DNA of 64,000 nt, from NCBI GenBank assembly GCA_002633005.1, contig NMRA01000625.1, positions 178,895-242,894 on the forward strand. Direction: 5' to 3'. The notes under the pieces were generated by a model. The model ran no database searches and was not told the origin of the DNA. It saw nothing but the letters and a program-made list of their open reading frames with translations. The stretch comes from Phoronis australis (lineage: Eukaryota; Animalia; Phoronida). This document shows, one piece after another, positions 38,361 to 49,900 of the stretch; the first letter of the stretch is position 1; every line of letters starts with the position of its first letter. The translations under genes and the position numbers were made by a program.

Positions 38361-39605
38361 CATAGAAGTGGTGAAATTTCATCTAAAAATTGCTATCATC
38401 CCATCACAGCTCTAACTGGTGTTGTTCAGCAAGGTGTTTGGGTTGCATATGGGTTTAGCCTATGGTTGCAAGCTGTGTAGTATTTAATACGTGTAAAGGC
38501 CTACAGTTTGTTTTTTCCTTTATTTGTTGAAAACTTGTTGCAGCGTAGGACCAGTGTGACTTGCACCATGATGTTGTGCATAACTCGGTCACGAATGCTG
38601 TTATGTAATCTGTTAGCTCATTCTGTACTACCCATGTATTGAATTTGTGATTGAACAGAGGGTTAACAAGAGACAAAATATTTGTTCGTATCATTAGTCC
38701 ATGCAACTCAATGGCTTTTTAAAGCTTCATAGCCAAAACGTATATAAATCATGTGGTGTCTTGTCTTCCAAGTTACATTCTAAAACTAATTTATTGTACG
38801 TTAGTTCTACCACATCTTCACGTTGGTAACTTGCATATCGGGTTTTACCCGTCATAGATTGGAAATAGTACAAACATGTGCCCTTCGTCACATAAGCCGC
38901 AGCAAATTTAATGCGCACACACGAAATCCTTATGAAAACATTAAACAGTTTTTGTATGAAGAAACACAACACATTGTCTGCTTTAAAATAACTCACAAAA
39001 CTACTAACGGGATTACTCCACTTTACATCTACAGAAACTTCCCATCTTTAAGCATTTCTTTGAAAATAATTACTAATCAACAAAACAAGACAGCGTTGTC
39101 TCGCAACCCTGCTCATTTGAGCCAGTATATAGCAAAATTCCCCACACTTGAGGCAGTTGATACTACAGTTCACAACTAATAAGACGTTAACAAAAAATTG
39201 TCTACTATACTTCACTCCAAAGTTAATTGACGGCTATGGATTCTTGTTAATCCTTCTAGGAAAAGTTAAAACCCGTGACCATTTAAAACACTTCATGATA
39301 TTGAGTTGCAACGTATTGTGCGCAACACAAAATGTGTTAGCTACTCCTATAACCGAAAACTTGCTCCCGAAGTACAATCAGCTACTCCTAAGAAGAGATT
39401 TTTACTAACTGTGATCTTATTACATGCTCTTTTGTCTGTGTCATCTCGCTTTTTTCAAAATATCGCAGCTGAAAGTTGGCCGAATTATCGTTACTTTGTT
39501 TTTCTATTAATTTAGTACAACCAGTTTATGCAGTTACACTTTACATTGGATGGTACATTGTTTACGTATATTTTTTGTGTAGAATTATTTTTGTATCGGG
39601 ATATT

Positions 39606-40022
39606 CCGTAGATAAATCCATGGGCGTGTATTAGGAAAATGAAAACTTTCAGGCGTTTTAGTAACACTAAACAAACGCCCGGGTGTTTATTCGGAAAAGG
39701 GAGGTGTTTAAACGGAAGTCATAGTTTTACTGACTTTGACATTTTTCACTTAAAACTGTGTTTTTAAATTTACATTAATAAATGCATATTTCGCCAACAC
39801 CTTGTTCGTTTTTATAGATGATAAATGATCCACAAAATTGAATTTGTGACAAAAAGTTGACGCTTAGTGAGCTTTTAAGAAAAAAATTCCGAATAAGCGC
39901 CTCACTATCTGGACACCTGACACTAGAAGTTGTAACACCAAATAAACGCCCATGGGCGTTTGTTCGGCCTAATTTTTCAAATAAACACACATGGGCGTTT
40001 CATCGAGTGGGCTTATCTACGG
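39606..40022. mobile_element. MITE with CCGTAGATAA...TTATCTACGG terminal inverted repeats (pogo/Tigger-like)
   Basis: Terminal inverted repeats plus internal repeated aaacgccc(a/g)tgggcgtt motifs. Confidence 0.7.
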
Positions 40023-40129
40023 AAAATCAGGATAGTATTTAGCCGTTTTCTAGCCATCTTAGCTTAAAAAGTATCGTTTCGTTGTGGTCTCCCTGTCACA
40101 ATTCTACTATTTACCTTTTTCTGTGCTCC

Positions 40130-40215
40130 AATGAGGATCCCCATGGAAAGCAATGAAAACTGATGGGGTTACCCTCATTGTAAACATCACAATAAGTAAA
40201 ATAAAACAAAAAATA
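40130..40215 (+). mobile_element. Possible 3' end of a CR1/L2-type LINE (stem-loop followed by an A-rich tail)
   Basis: Hairpin aatgaggatccccat...atggggttaccctcatt followed by aataagtaaaataaaacaaaaaa. Confidence 0.35.
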
Positions 40216-41147
40216 CGGTGGAATTTTAAATGTGCTACGAACCTCGTACCATGCGCGATTCCTAGTTTTTTAATTTGCTATAATTTTCTTCTGTAATTCG
40301 TACATTTTGGAATAAGCCACTTTTCACCGTTTGTATGTAATACCAGGACGTAATGTCTTCCTAATAATACATAGCTATATAGCTTATCTATTTCAAATTA
40401 CACCGGGGAGGCATTATGCCTTCTTGGTTCTATATATTTTAGAATGACTTAGCTCAAGTGTTGCTAAAAATATGAGACGGTCTCGTGTTTTAGCATCTAC
40501 ATTATTTGTTATATATGTTATCATATCATAACATGGCCTTAACATTATTTAAATGTTATGCAATGTATTCCCAAGAAACTCAGTCCAGATTTGTTTGCCA
40601 TTATCATGCGAATTAGCCCCAAAAGGTCGGTTTTCCATCGTAAATGTTTCTGTTTTTTGTTATCACATTCTTTTCAGGCGTTAATCATTGTTGTTACAAG
40701 AATGGCATTATTTATATATATTTATATCGTAACAATGATAGTCACTGCCATTTCGATGATTGTCAGAGTCTTTAACGAGAGGACATGTATCACAGATGTG
40801 AACTAGTATGATGAAAACAAGACAAAGATGGGCTTTACGCAGGACTTTTTTCTGCTGTGGTGAGTGGGTCTGTGTATTTGATATTACTTTCATAGCGAGC
40901 AATTTTATGCCTTCAGCCACAAGTGTACTTCACTTTCGTATTTAAACTTAATTACCACATGTTAGTTATAAAATCGGCTTGAGGTACAGGTCAGTAATCG
41001 ATGGACGTGTACTACAAGAGCTTAGATGACACCGTTCACGTTTACCTTTCACTTCTCCCAGCCGTTGCTTATCGACCTATTGACTACAAATGTGTTCGTT
41101 TTCTTGAGCTGCGGCTTACAGCGTTGAAAGCTCACAGATGTTTTGAA

Positions 41148-43700
41148 ATGGAGACTTGGTTATATTTGTAAAGCCGTATAACTATATGACAGGCACTTAT
41201 TTTAAGACGGTATTTTAAGACGGTATTTTAAGACGGTATTTTAAGACGGTATTTTCTCTGTTGAAGTTTTTATTGATCTTCTTTGAATTAAAGGTGCAAG
41301 GGACTCAGGCACGTGTTCAAGTACTCTAGGTCGATTAAATTATGGTTATAAAATCTGTCTCGTATTGTCCCTTTCTCAGATTAGAAGTGAATCCTAAGTT
41401 TGAGATATACTAACAGTTTATTAATACCGCATGATTTTGTTCTTGTCTTTTGTCTTTGCTCAATAATATGTTTTGCTTAAGTAGGTCATTGTTTCAGAGT
41501 TAAAAGCCTGGATAAAATGATTCGCTTTCTGGGCTAAACATTTGTACTTAATATATTGTCATACATTTGTGTAGCAATAAAAAATTAATGCTTCAAAGCA
41601 GACTTAATACGTAATTTAGCTTTTTGGGGGGCACGGTCAGTTACAGTTTCACCAGCCGAAGCAGCGTGACTGTCCAGAGGAGCCAGTGATTGTGGGTACT
41701 ATTCATGGTAACCATTTACAATTAAAAAAAGATTGTAATGCGATGACGTACATCTAAGATTTGTTTTAAAGAAAGGATGTGTTGACATCTGAACGTGGGT
41801 TAAATGGGTTTTTACTGTACTGTATGTCATACATGTGTACAGTGCAATTATAATTAAATAAGCTCAGTAATCAAACGCAAATCAATGTCGTTAAATACCG
41901 ACTCCTGACTAACATTGTAACAACGTACAATCTTTCAGGGCGTCTCTCATTTCCTGTTATGCTGTAGTTGGCGCGCAAAACCAACCTACTCAAGAGACAC
42001 TGCGCAGTGGAAGATGTCCTTCCGATACTAGATGGGGTGCTAGAAGTCAGCGCAAATTGGATTTTAATCATTGCAACATTGGACGTCTCGACTTCTTTAG
42101 ACAATTTTCACAACCGAAGTCCTTGAGAGAATTGTATATGAGCTATAACAACATCAAAACCCTTCCTTCAAGACATTCACAGTTGCGTTTCAACAATCTA
42201 TACGAACTGACGCTCGGACACAACCACATTGACAATATCGATAGAGGATTTTCATTTCCCAGGCTTGAATTCCTAGACCTACGAAATAACTACATAACAT
42301 CTATTTCAAATGGAACATTCTTTAGACTAAAGAGACTTCTATGGCTCATCCTTAAAGAAAATCAAATTTCGCATCTGGAAAGCGGCGTCTTTGATGGAAA
42401 TCACATGCTCCGCAGATTGGAACTACAAAATAATCGACTGCGTACGCTAACGAACGCATATGGGCGTCTTCGCGGGCTAAGTGAGCTGAACTTGTCTAAT
42501 AACAATATCTCGGAATTCTCTTCGCAGATATTTCCACATTTCTCGACAGTCAGCCTGACACTTGATCTTTCCGGTAACCGCATCCGATTTCTTGATCCAT
42601 CTGATCTGAGTCTTCGCCGACCTGCCAGTGAAACAACGATATGCTTGCAAAGTAACCAGCTAATGGAAATTCCGATTGACGAGTCCAGACCCAACCAGCG
42701 ATATGATATCGCTCTAGCGGACAATCCCTTAACATGCAGCTGTGAATTTGAAATGCGAAAAAAATTGATCAAGCCATTACATCGCTGTGGACACATCGAG
42801 GTGTATTCTGTCACATGTGCATCTCAACATACTCATCCAGCTGACATCTCATATTGTACGAAGCCATCGGCACCATCTTTAAATATTTCAGTTGACAATC
42901 ATGGCATCCTGCTGACCTGTTTCTCTCAAGGGGACCCCGAACCTCTAGTTACAGTTAAAGCGCCATCAGGAGATATTATAATACACGAAGTGCCACCATT
43001 TAATGCAACAACATACATTGATGCTGAAAGTTTTGAAGACGGGGAATACAGTTGCTGGGGTAAGAACTCCAACGGTATTTCAAACACAACAGCGAACTTT
43101 AATATCAGGAACCACCTCCAACAGACCACGGAATTTGATGCCACAGTTGATAATTTCAATCCTGAGCCAATATCAGTGACAATCCAAGTAGAAAACTCGA
43201 CAAACGACACTGACGCTGGCGATTCGTATTCACCGTCAACAGCAGCGACAATTCAATTAGAAAACGCGACAAACGATACTATGGTCCCCGAAGCTGGCGA
43301 TTATTTAGCATATGTCACTGCTCTAAGCTCCGTTGGGGCGTGTTTACTTGTTGCACTTGGTTTGGTGGCAATTTTAGTGCAAAAATCATGCACGCACCAA
43401 CGTAGTGATGCCGCAGCCACAGCGCAATACGAACACCACAAACAAACAATATCCAGTATTCGGTACGACTATTGCACGATCTCGGAAAACAGCGAAACCC
43501 GTTATGTGAGTAAACATTATAACCCGCCACCCATACCACCCCGACTCATTCCAACAGAAAGTCTATCGGAAACTTTTGATGGGGTACCGAAAGAGGCCAT
43601 ATATATGGATATTGAGAACTGTACACCCCCTCAACCAGGACTAGTGGCGACAATGAGAGAAAGCGAAGAAACAAATGAAACTGCTGAAACAAAAATTTAA
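41148..43700 (+). CDS. LRR-Ig single-pass transmembrane receptor (LIG/LRRIG-like), about 593 aa
   Basis: A large exon 41939-43700 follows a tctttcag acceptor and extends the 42057 ORF upstream in frame (ASLISCYAVVGAQNQ...). It encodes about 7 LxxLxLxxNxI repeats, an LRRCT (NPLTCSC), an Ig domain (LTC..GDPEP...DGEYSCWGKN), an S/T stalk, a TM segment (YLAYVTALSSVGACLLVALGLVAILV) and a Tyr/Pro-rich tail. A putative first exon 41148-41167 (METWLY, phase-2 donor gtaaag) would complete a signal peptide; that exon is less certain. Confidence 0.85.
41198..41255. repeat. 13-bp tandem repeat (tattttaagacgg), about 4.5 copies
   Basis: Directly visible perfect repeats. Confidence 0.95.
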
Positions 43701-43747
43701 CACACAAGCAACGCAAATCTGAGCGAAACAGATTTAAGCAATGCTAA

Positions 43748-43983
43748 AATAGTAAAAATAAAACGACGAGCGTCGGTACTAAATTATATTAAAATATTCC
43801 CCACGTTTCGAACGATGCGCTCTTTGTCAAGAGTGTGATACAAATTGCCGAACAGATGGACATACGCGATTTTATTATATCCATCTAATCGGGAGTCGGT
43901 AATCATACCCTTGACATCACTGGAAAGTGGGGAATATTTTAATGTATTTTAGTACTGACGCTCCTCGTTTTATTTTTACTATT
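43748..43983. mobile_element. Palindromic element with a degenerate minimal hammerhead-like core (Penelope pseudo-LTR-like)
   Basis: Arm aatagtaaaaataaaacgacgagcgtcggtactaaattatattaaaatattccccac pairs with gtggggaatattttaatgtattttagtactgacgctcctcgttttatttttactatt. Minus strand 43831-43803 reads CTTGACAAAGAGCGCATCGTTCGAAACGT. Confidence 0.65.
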
Positions 43984-44940
43984 TTTACTATTACATAATG
44001 TTATCCATGGTAACTGCTGTAACTGCACGGCATTCCAGCATCCAAGCAATGCTAACAACACTACAATACGGCACCTAACATCGGAATATAGTGCCTATGG
44101 TGGGACTACAGCATAGAAGATACCTGTGTAGGAGACCAGTGGTGCCACACATTAGAGTCCATCACAACTATCATCACTAGAAACTGTGCTAATTATCTTA
44201 ATCACTGAGATGTGCTAAACTTTAAGTGTTGTATAAGTGCAGCTGACTCTATGTGATATCTCAGATGACTTCAGTCCCATGCAGGAGCACCAAGTCAAGG
44301 CAAAGTCGCAACCACAACAATCCAAACACAGGACCAAAGGATAGAAGTGCTATTATGCGTCTTGAGAAATAGTTCTACAAGGTATACGATGTTGTATAAC
44401 AGCTATCTTGAAATGAAAACTAGTAATGAAATTAAGCTTTTTAATTGAGCAATTGTATTTAATAATTATCCATGTGCATTACAAATGCCTGGTTACAACA
44501 ACACATGCCACAAATGGTTGGAATGTAAAAATAGAGTCAGAATAAACCTGCCAAAAATGTAAACATGACATCCTATTAACATTTATCTCCAGCCCTTAGC
44601 TGACAGTATAAACATATCACTGACAGAGCATTATGCAAATCACATCCTTACACCATAAAAATAACTTGAGCAAATACAGCATTACCACCCCAATATACTG
44701 TTAGCGATTAAACAAACATCAGCATTTATGCAACATTATAGACTAATATCAATAAATTAAAATTAAACTTACCCCAAGTTAAACTTCAAATAGCAGTTAA
44801 ATTCATACAGACATAATATGCAAACAGTCTTGCATGAGCAAACAGTTTCAATTTTGAAAACAACAAAATTTCTCATGGAATATGTTTCATAGCAAACCCA
44901 TAATATTTAAAGTTCCATGCAGTGAAAAGTAGGTCATTTG

Positions 44941-45175
44941 AGGAGGCAGTGACACCTAGTGGGACAGTTGTCCGCTTCCTTTACTCAAGGTCGTGGGTTC
45001 AAGTCTCACTGGGACACACTGCTAGATCCTTGAGTCAGGTTTCTAGCTCCTCAGCTGGGTTTTACCTATACATTATTAATAGAGCATAAAAATGGTTCCA
45101 GGTGATCCTTGTAGGCCCACCCCAGAGGCCAGCGCACATCTTGTACAATGTGTACCAGATCACCTGCAATTATTT
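44941..45175 (+). mobile_element. tRNA-derived SINE-like repeat (copy 2)
   Basis: B-box-like GGTTCAAGTCTC at about 44996; related to 7273-7497. Confidence 0.65.
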
Positions 45176-46930
45176 TTATGATCGACATATGTCCCGAATA
45201 AAGATAAATGATACGTGCGTCGCAAGCTCGTTACCAGAGATGAAAAGGAGACCGAGGTAGGCATATATATTTACTAGGTCATCTCAAAAATCCAGAGATT
45301 GATCTGCAATAAATCAAGCTGAAGGGGATGAATCGACCCACAAAAGTGATCAGAGAATTCCAACTGGTCGATAGCGACATGTCGTGAAAAGCACAAACCA
45401 AATTTACAAAGCATTTCAAAGAATGATGCCTTGCATGTTGCTTTAAATATCTTCACTGCCAAATTCAAGTTATTGACTTTTACTGATGCCATCATGTATA
45501 AGTATAAATATTTTCAGGTCTCCAAATCTGGTAATGACCGAGGTCGACATAAAGTCATCGCATTTTTGGGTGACTGCCTAAAAAGTCACGTCACACATGA
45601 CAGTAAAACTCATCACCAGACTGTACACCATTTGACACATATTATATCACCAGCAGTCTCAATGTTTTCTTTGGCAAGATTTTTTATCAATTGGCCATTT
45701 TAAACAATCGCCAAAGCTATTTAATGACTCCACATTTATGTCTCCCAATCACAAAGTAAATAATAATAATTTTGCACATGAGTGCTTTATACTAGCTAAA
45801 ATGAGTAGGCAGCCCTTCGCACTGAAAACATACGAAAAGAAGAAAATTTCTGCCATTCTCCTTAGCAGAGATCTTTTTAACTATTTGCATAGTATTGACT
45901 AGCAGCATGTAACCAACTGGTCTGCTCAATGGGACTTCAAAACAACACAATATGCAACCCAGATCCCAGTTTATCTATTTCTGAATCAGTTTCTGTTGTT
46001 TCTCAAGAAACCTCAACAAATGCAACAGAATCACACGCAACATCTCACAAACTATTCTCATTCCCTATGAACTTATGAATGCGCTGCACATTTTGAGCAA
46101 AAAATGATGGCAGGGCACATTTCTGCCAACGTTATACGCTGGTTTACACTCTAGCAAGAACATTTATCCTGGTGACAACTGAGGGGTCTTAGTAAAAATA
46201 AGTTGGTTCGTGTCAACAATCCTCAGAAATTTTGCACCTTATCACACGTCATACAGTGGCAAGACAATAACGAGTACATGGCAAAACCAGAAGTTGGTTT
46301 AGTTGTTTTTGAGCTAATCATTGTCTGCACCATACCTTCATTAATCTTTGCCTGAGTATCTGTACCAGTCTTTTTTGTTATCCAATACCGGGCCACTCCA
46401 AGTGCGTGACCCAACAAAACACCAACCAAAATCACAGAAATTGATCATTTTATAGCAAAAACTGACGAGATATCATGAAAATCATGAAAATCATGAAAAT
46501 GTTGCGTCAATGGCTATTTTTGACAGTTTTGCCAACTGCTGAGTTGATACAAAATGCAATTTCCGAGATTTTGAAAAATATCATGAACGCCAAAATCGCA
46601 CATGTCCCAAACTTCAGAATCAAGAAAACACAGTTTTGCTTTGAATTTCAATGTCCCAAATTTCAGAGGCTACCCAATTTTTACCATAGTTGCTAACTGT
46701 TGACTATATGATAAATTGAACTTTTGGCTGCCTTAAATACTACTAAAGTGAAGTGTTCTCTATAAACCGTACATATACGACTGGCAGTGATGCTTTGGAA
46801 AACCGCTTTCCCATAATGCCGCGTAAGTGAAATCCGTAAAAAAGACAATTTTGAGCTTGTTCTTGCTTGCTAACGCCAAAGCTAGTGAGCACTTTCCTTT
46901 TCTTCATCCTTGGAGCAAAGATAATATTTG

Positions 46931-49900
46931 TTAATCATCGGCCCAAATGTCCTTTGTCTTTTTGTACAAAGATTCATACTGAGGCTTGCTCCGTAAAGCT
47001 TGCCGCACAGCGAGGCGTGCTCGCTCAATGTCCTCAACAAGCACCTCTCTATTCATGAGCTGGCGATGGATTTGGAGGAAGAAGGGTATGTATGTGAGGT
47101 ACTCCACAAACTCTATGTAACCTGGAAAAAACAAAATTCAACGTAGACTGAATGTTCATTATTCGACTCCTATAATTAGTATGAGTGATGACAGGCAGGT
47201 ACTGCCAGACAACCAGTGAGATGGTGTCTAGACGACAGGCAGGTACTACCAGACAACCAGTGAGATGGTGTCTAGACGACAGGCAGGTACTGCCAGACAA
47301 CCAGTGAGATGGTGTCTAGACGGCAGGCAGGTACTGCCAGACAACCAGTGAGATGTGTCTAGACTGACAGTTAGGTTTGGCCACACAGCCTATGAGAAGG
47401 TTCATACGAGTCATTCTGACCAGTCCTCTAAACAAAATAATTTGGTATGGCACTAACTGCAAATTAATTTAATAGGTCAATGGTCAGAATTTTTGAGAAA
47501 AATTCTAAGCAATGTTTTTTGAACTGGTCATTATGCCCATTCTTACCATTTCTGTCTTTATCCACAGTTTGTAGCAAGATCTCCACAAAATCTTTATCTG
47601 TTCCCACGTCCAGTCCCATTCCAGCGGTCAAGATGACCATCATCTCATTAAGGCTTATTTTACCACTGAAGTCCTCGTCAACTAATTCAAACATTTCCTA
47701 TAACCCAATCAAATTATAAGCTTGTTTTAAAATAGTGCGACAAAGTATCCTTAATGATATGTCAAAAATTCTCAAAATTTGGTATAAGAGGTCTGATGGC
47801 ATTAAATCAGTTATGGAGTAAATATTATCTGAGACAATGACACTACAGAAGCAAAATCACAAGAACTATTATACAAAGACCACAAAATTTAATACTACGG
47901 TAAAAAAATCTTCAGTGAGACGCAACATGGCGGACAGGGGAAATTTCATTTTGTCAAATTTATAAACAAAAATAACTTTTCAGGAAATTTTCTTTTAACA
48001 TGGTTTGTATGGTGTAGCTATTACCAAAGAACATTTGGTAAAATTTTGAGAATTTGCAACAATCCGGTAAGCCTCTGAAAATAATAAATGTGGCCATTTT
48101 AGCAATCATTTATGTCTCAAATTGAAGAATTTTTACCATAACAGCCAAAACTGGTTTGAGAATTAGACTACAATTTTTCACGACACTTCTAGTATGCTCC
48201 ATAGCATAGCATCATAATAAACACTTATAAAGAGTTTGAACAATGTCAGAAGCCTATCTGTAAACTGCTTCGCCATCTATCAAACAGTCTTCCTGACACG
48301 GCAACAGAATTTGTCAAAACTTCACAATGATAATTAGTAAGCGAGAGGTGCAAGGTTCATTTAATATCAAAATTCTAATCAATAATTATGATAATCACTT
48401 ACTCTGTATGAAGTTATGTGATAGGCAAGTTTGGGCAGATTCAACTCCAGGGGTTCATCAGCAGAAGAAAGCCTGAATAAGAAATTAGTCTTTTAGTAAA
48501 ACTGATTTCCCAACTGTATTGTTTTTCACCGAGTACAGGATTTTGCAAGTAGCGAACTTGGAACAAATCTAGGAAACATGAATGACTCACGACCCTAGAT
48601 CTACTTTTACAACAACAATCTTTTGAAGTGCCGTCCACCCTCAGGCTGGCAACAAAAAGTATGCCAGTGTACAGGTTGGCAAACATGACAAAACAGTTTG
48701 GCAGAGTTTGCCTGAAGACTGATTGCCTAACTCAATCACCAAAACATCAGCAGAATTGAGTTAGGCTGAGTTTGCCATGTTCAAAAGTTTGTCAGAGTTA
48801 CAAGAATGTTGATGGGACTACTTGATGAACAGTCGAACATCAGATCTCACCCGTATTAATAAAAATAACCAACAAAATAATATGTCAGTGATAAGTGAAC
48901 ATATGCAACTATTTAGCATAAAAAAGTTTAAAACTAAAAAAAGTTTTGTGACCTATTATTACATGCAGCAAAGACTTACTTAGTAATTGGTGAGATACAG
49001 AGATTTATGAGTTTTCTAGCCACTACTAAAACTTAGTCTTTGCACCCAGGAGTCCATATTGTAATCAGGGAGGGGTCTGCCAATGAACAAACTTAAGGGG
49101 CCTCCCATGAGAGTTCCTCAAAAGCAGTACACTGACTGGCCAGTGGAGGTGGGAACCCCAGAATCTCTCTATATTCAGACTTGATTTGCCGATGTTAAAA
49201 TAACAAAATGAAAGCAGTCTTACACATGTCCAGTCAGGCGGTCATTCAGGGCAGCTACAGTAACAAACTCATTGAGATCAATGGTCTTGTCTTTGTTCAA
49301 GTCAAAAACCTGAAATGCACATAAGGGGTTCTTAAAAGACACAAAACATGAAAACTACGGTAAAAATTCTTGGAACAAAATATTTGGTAAATTGATTTTT
49401 CAGAAGCATATCACATTCTTGTAAATGCTCAAAATTTGACCAAATGTTACTTAAGTTGGTAATGGCTATGCCATACAAATCATTCTAAGTAAATTTTCCT
49501 GAAAAGTTATTTTTTTGTTGCGAAATCTGACAAAACAAAATTTCACCTGTCCACCATATTGTTCACCAAACTGAAAAATATTTACCACAAATAGTCCCCA
49601 CTAAACTTTACAACGTATTCACTAATTTATACTCTACACCACCCAGTAACTACAAAAATTGCTTTTTTATTTTTGGACAACTATCAAGTGAATTAATTTC
49701 CAATAAAATGAACTGTTGTTTGTTGAAAACTTGAACCATATCTTTGACCAACTGGCTGACTTCAGCAGACGTCTCCTAGCTAAAGTTTAACAAAACAAAA
49801 CAACAACCTGCACGATTTCTAGCAGTGTTTCAAATGCATTTACTTTCATAAAGAGTGCAACGTCTCGTTTTGTGGCATTGATGAACAATTTTTGGTGGAG

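Noticed and set aside
42401-43539. Several minus-strand ORFs
   Set aside because: Antisense shadows of the LRR-Ig exon.
49700-49740. SSFQQTT reading resembling the missing Ajuba YSGFQQTA exon
   Set aside because: No following CxxC and no splice context; chance match.
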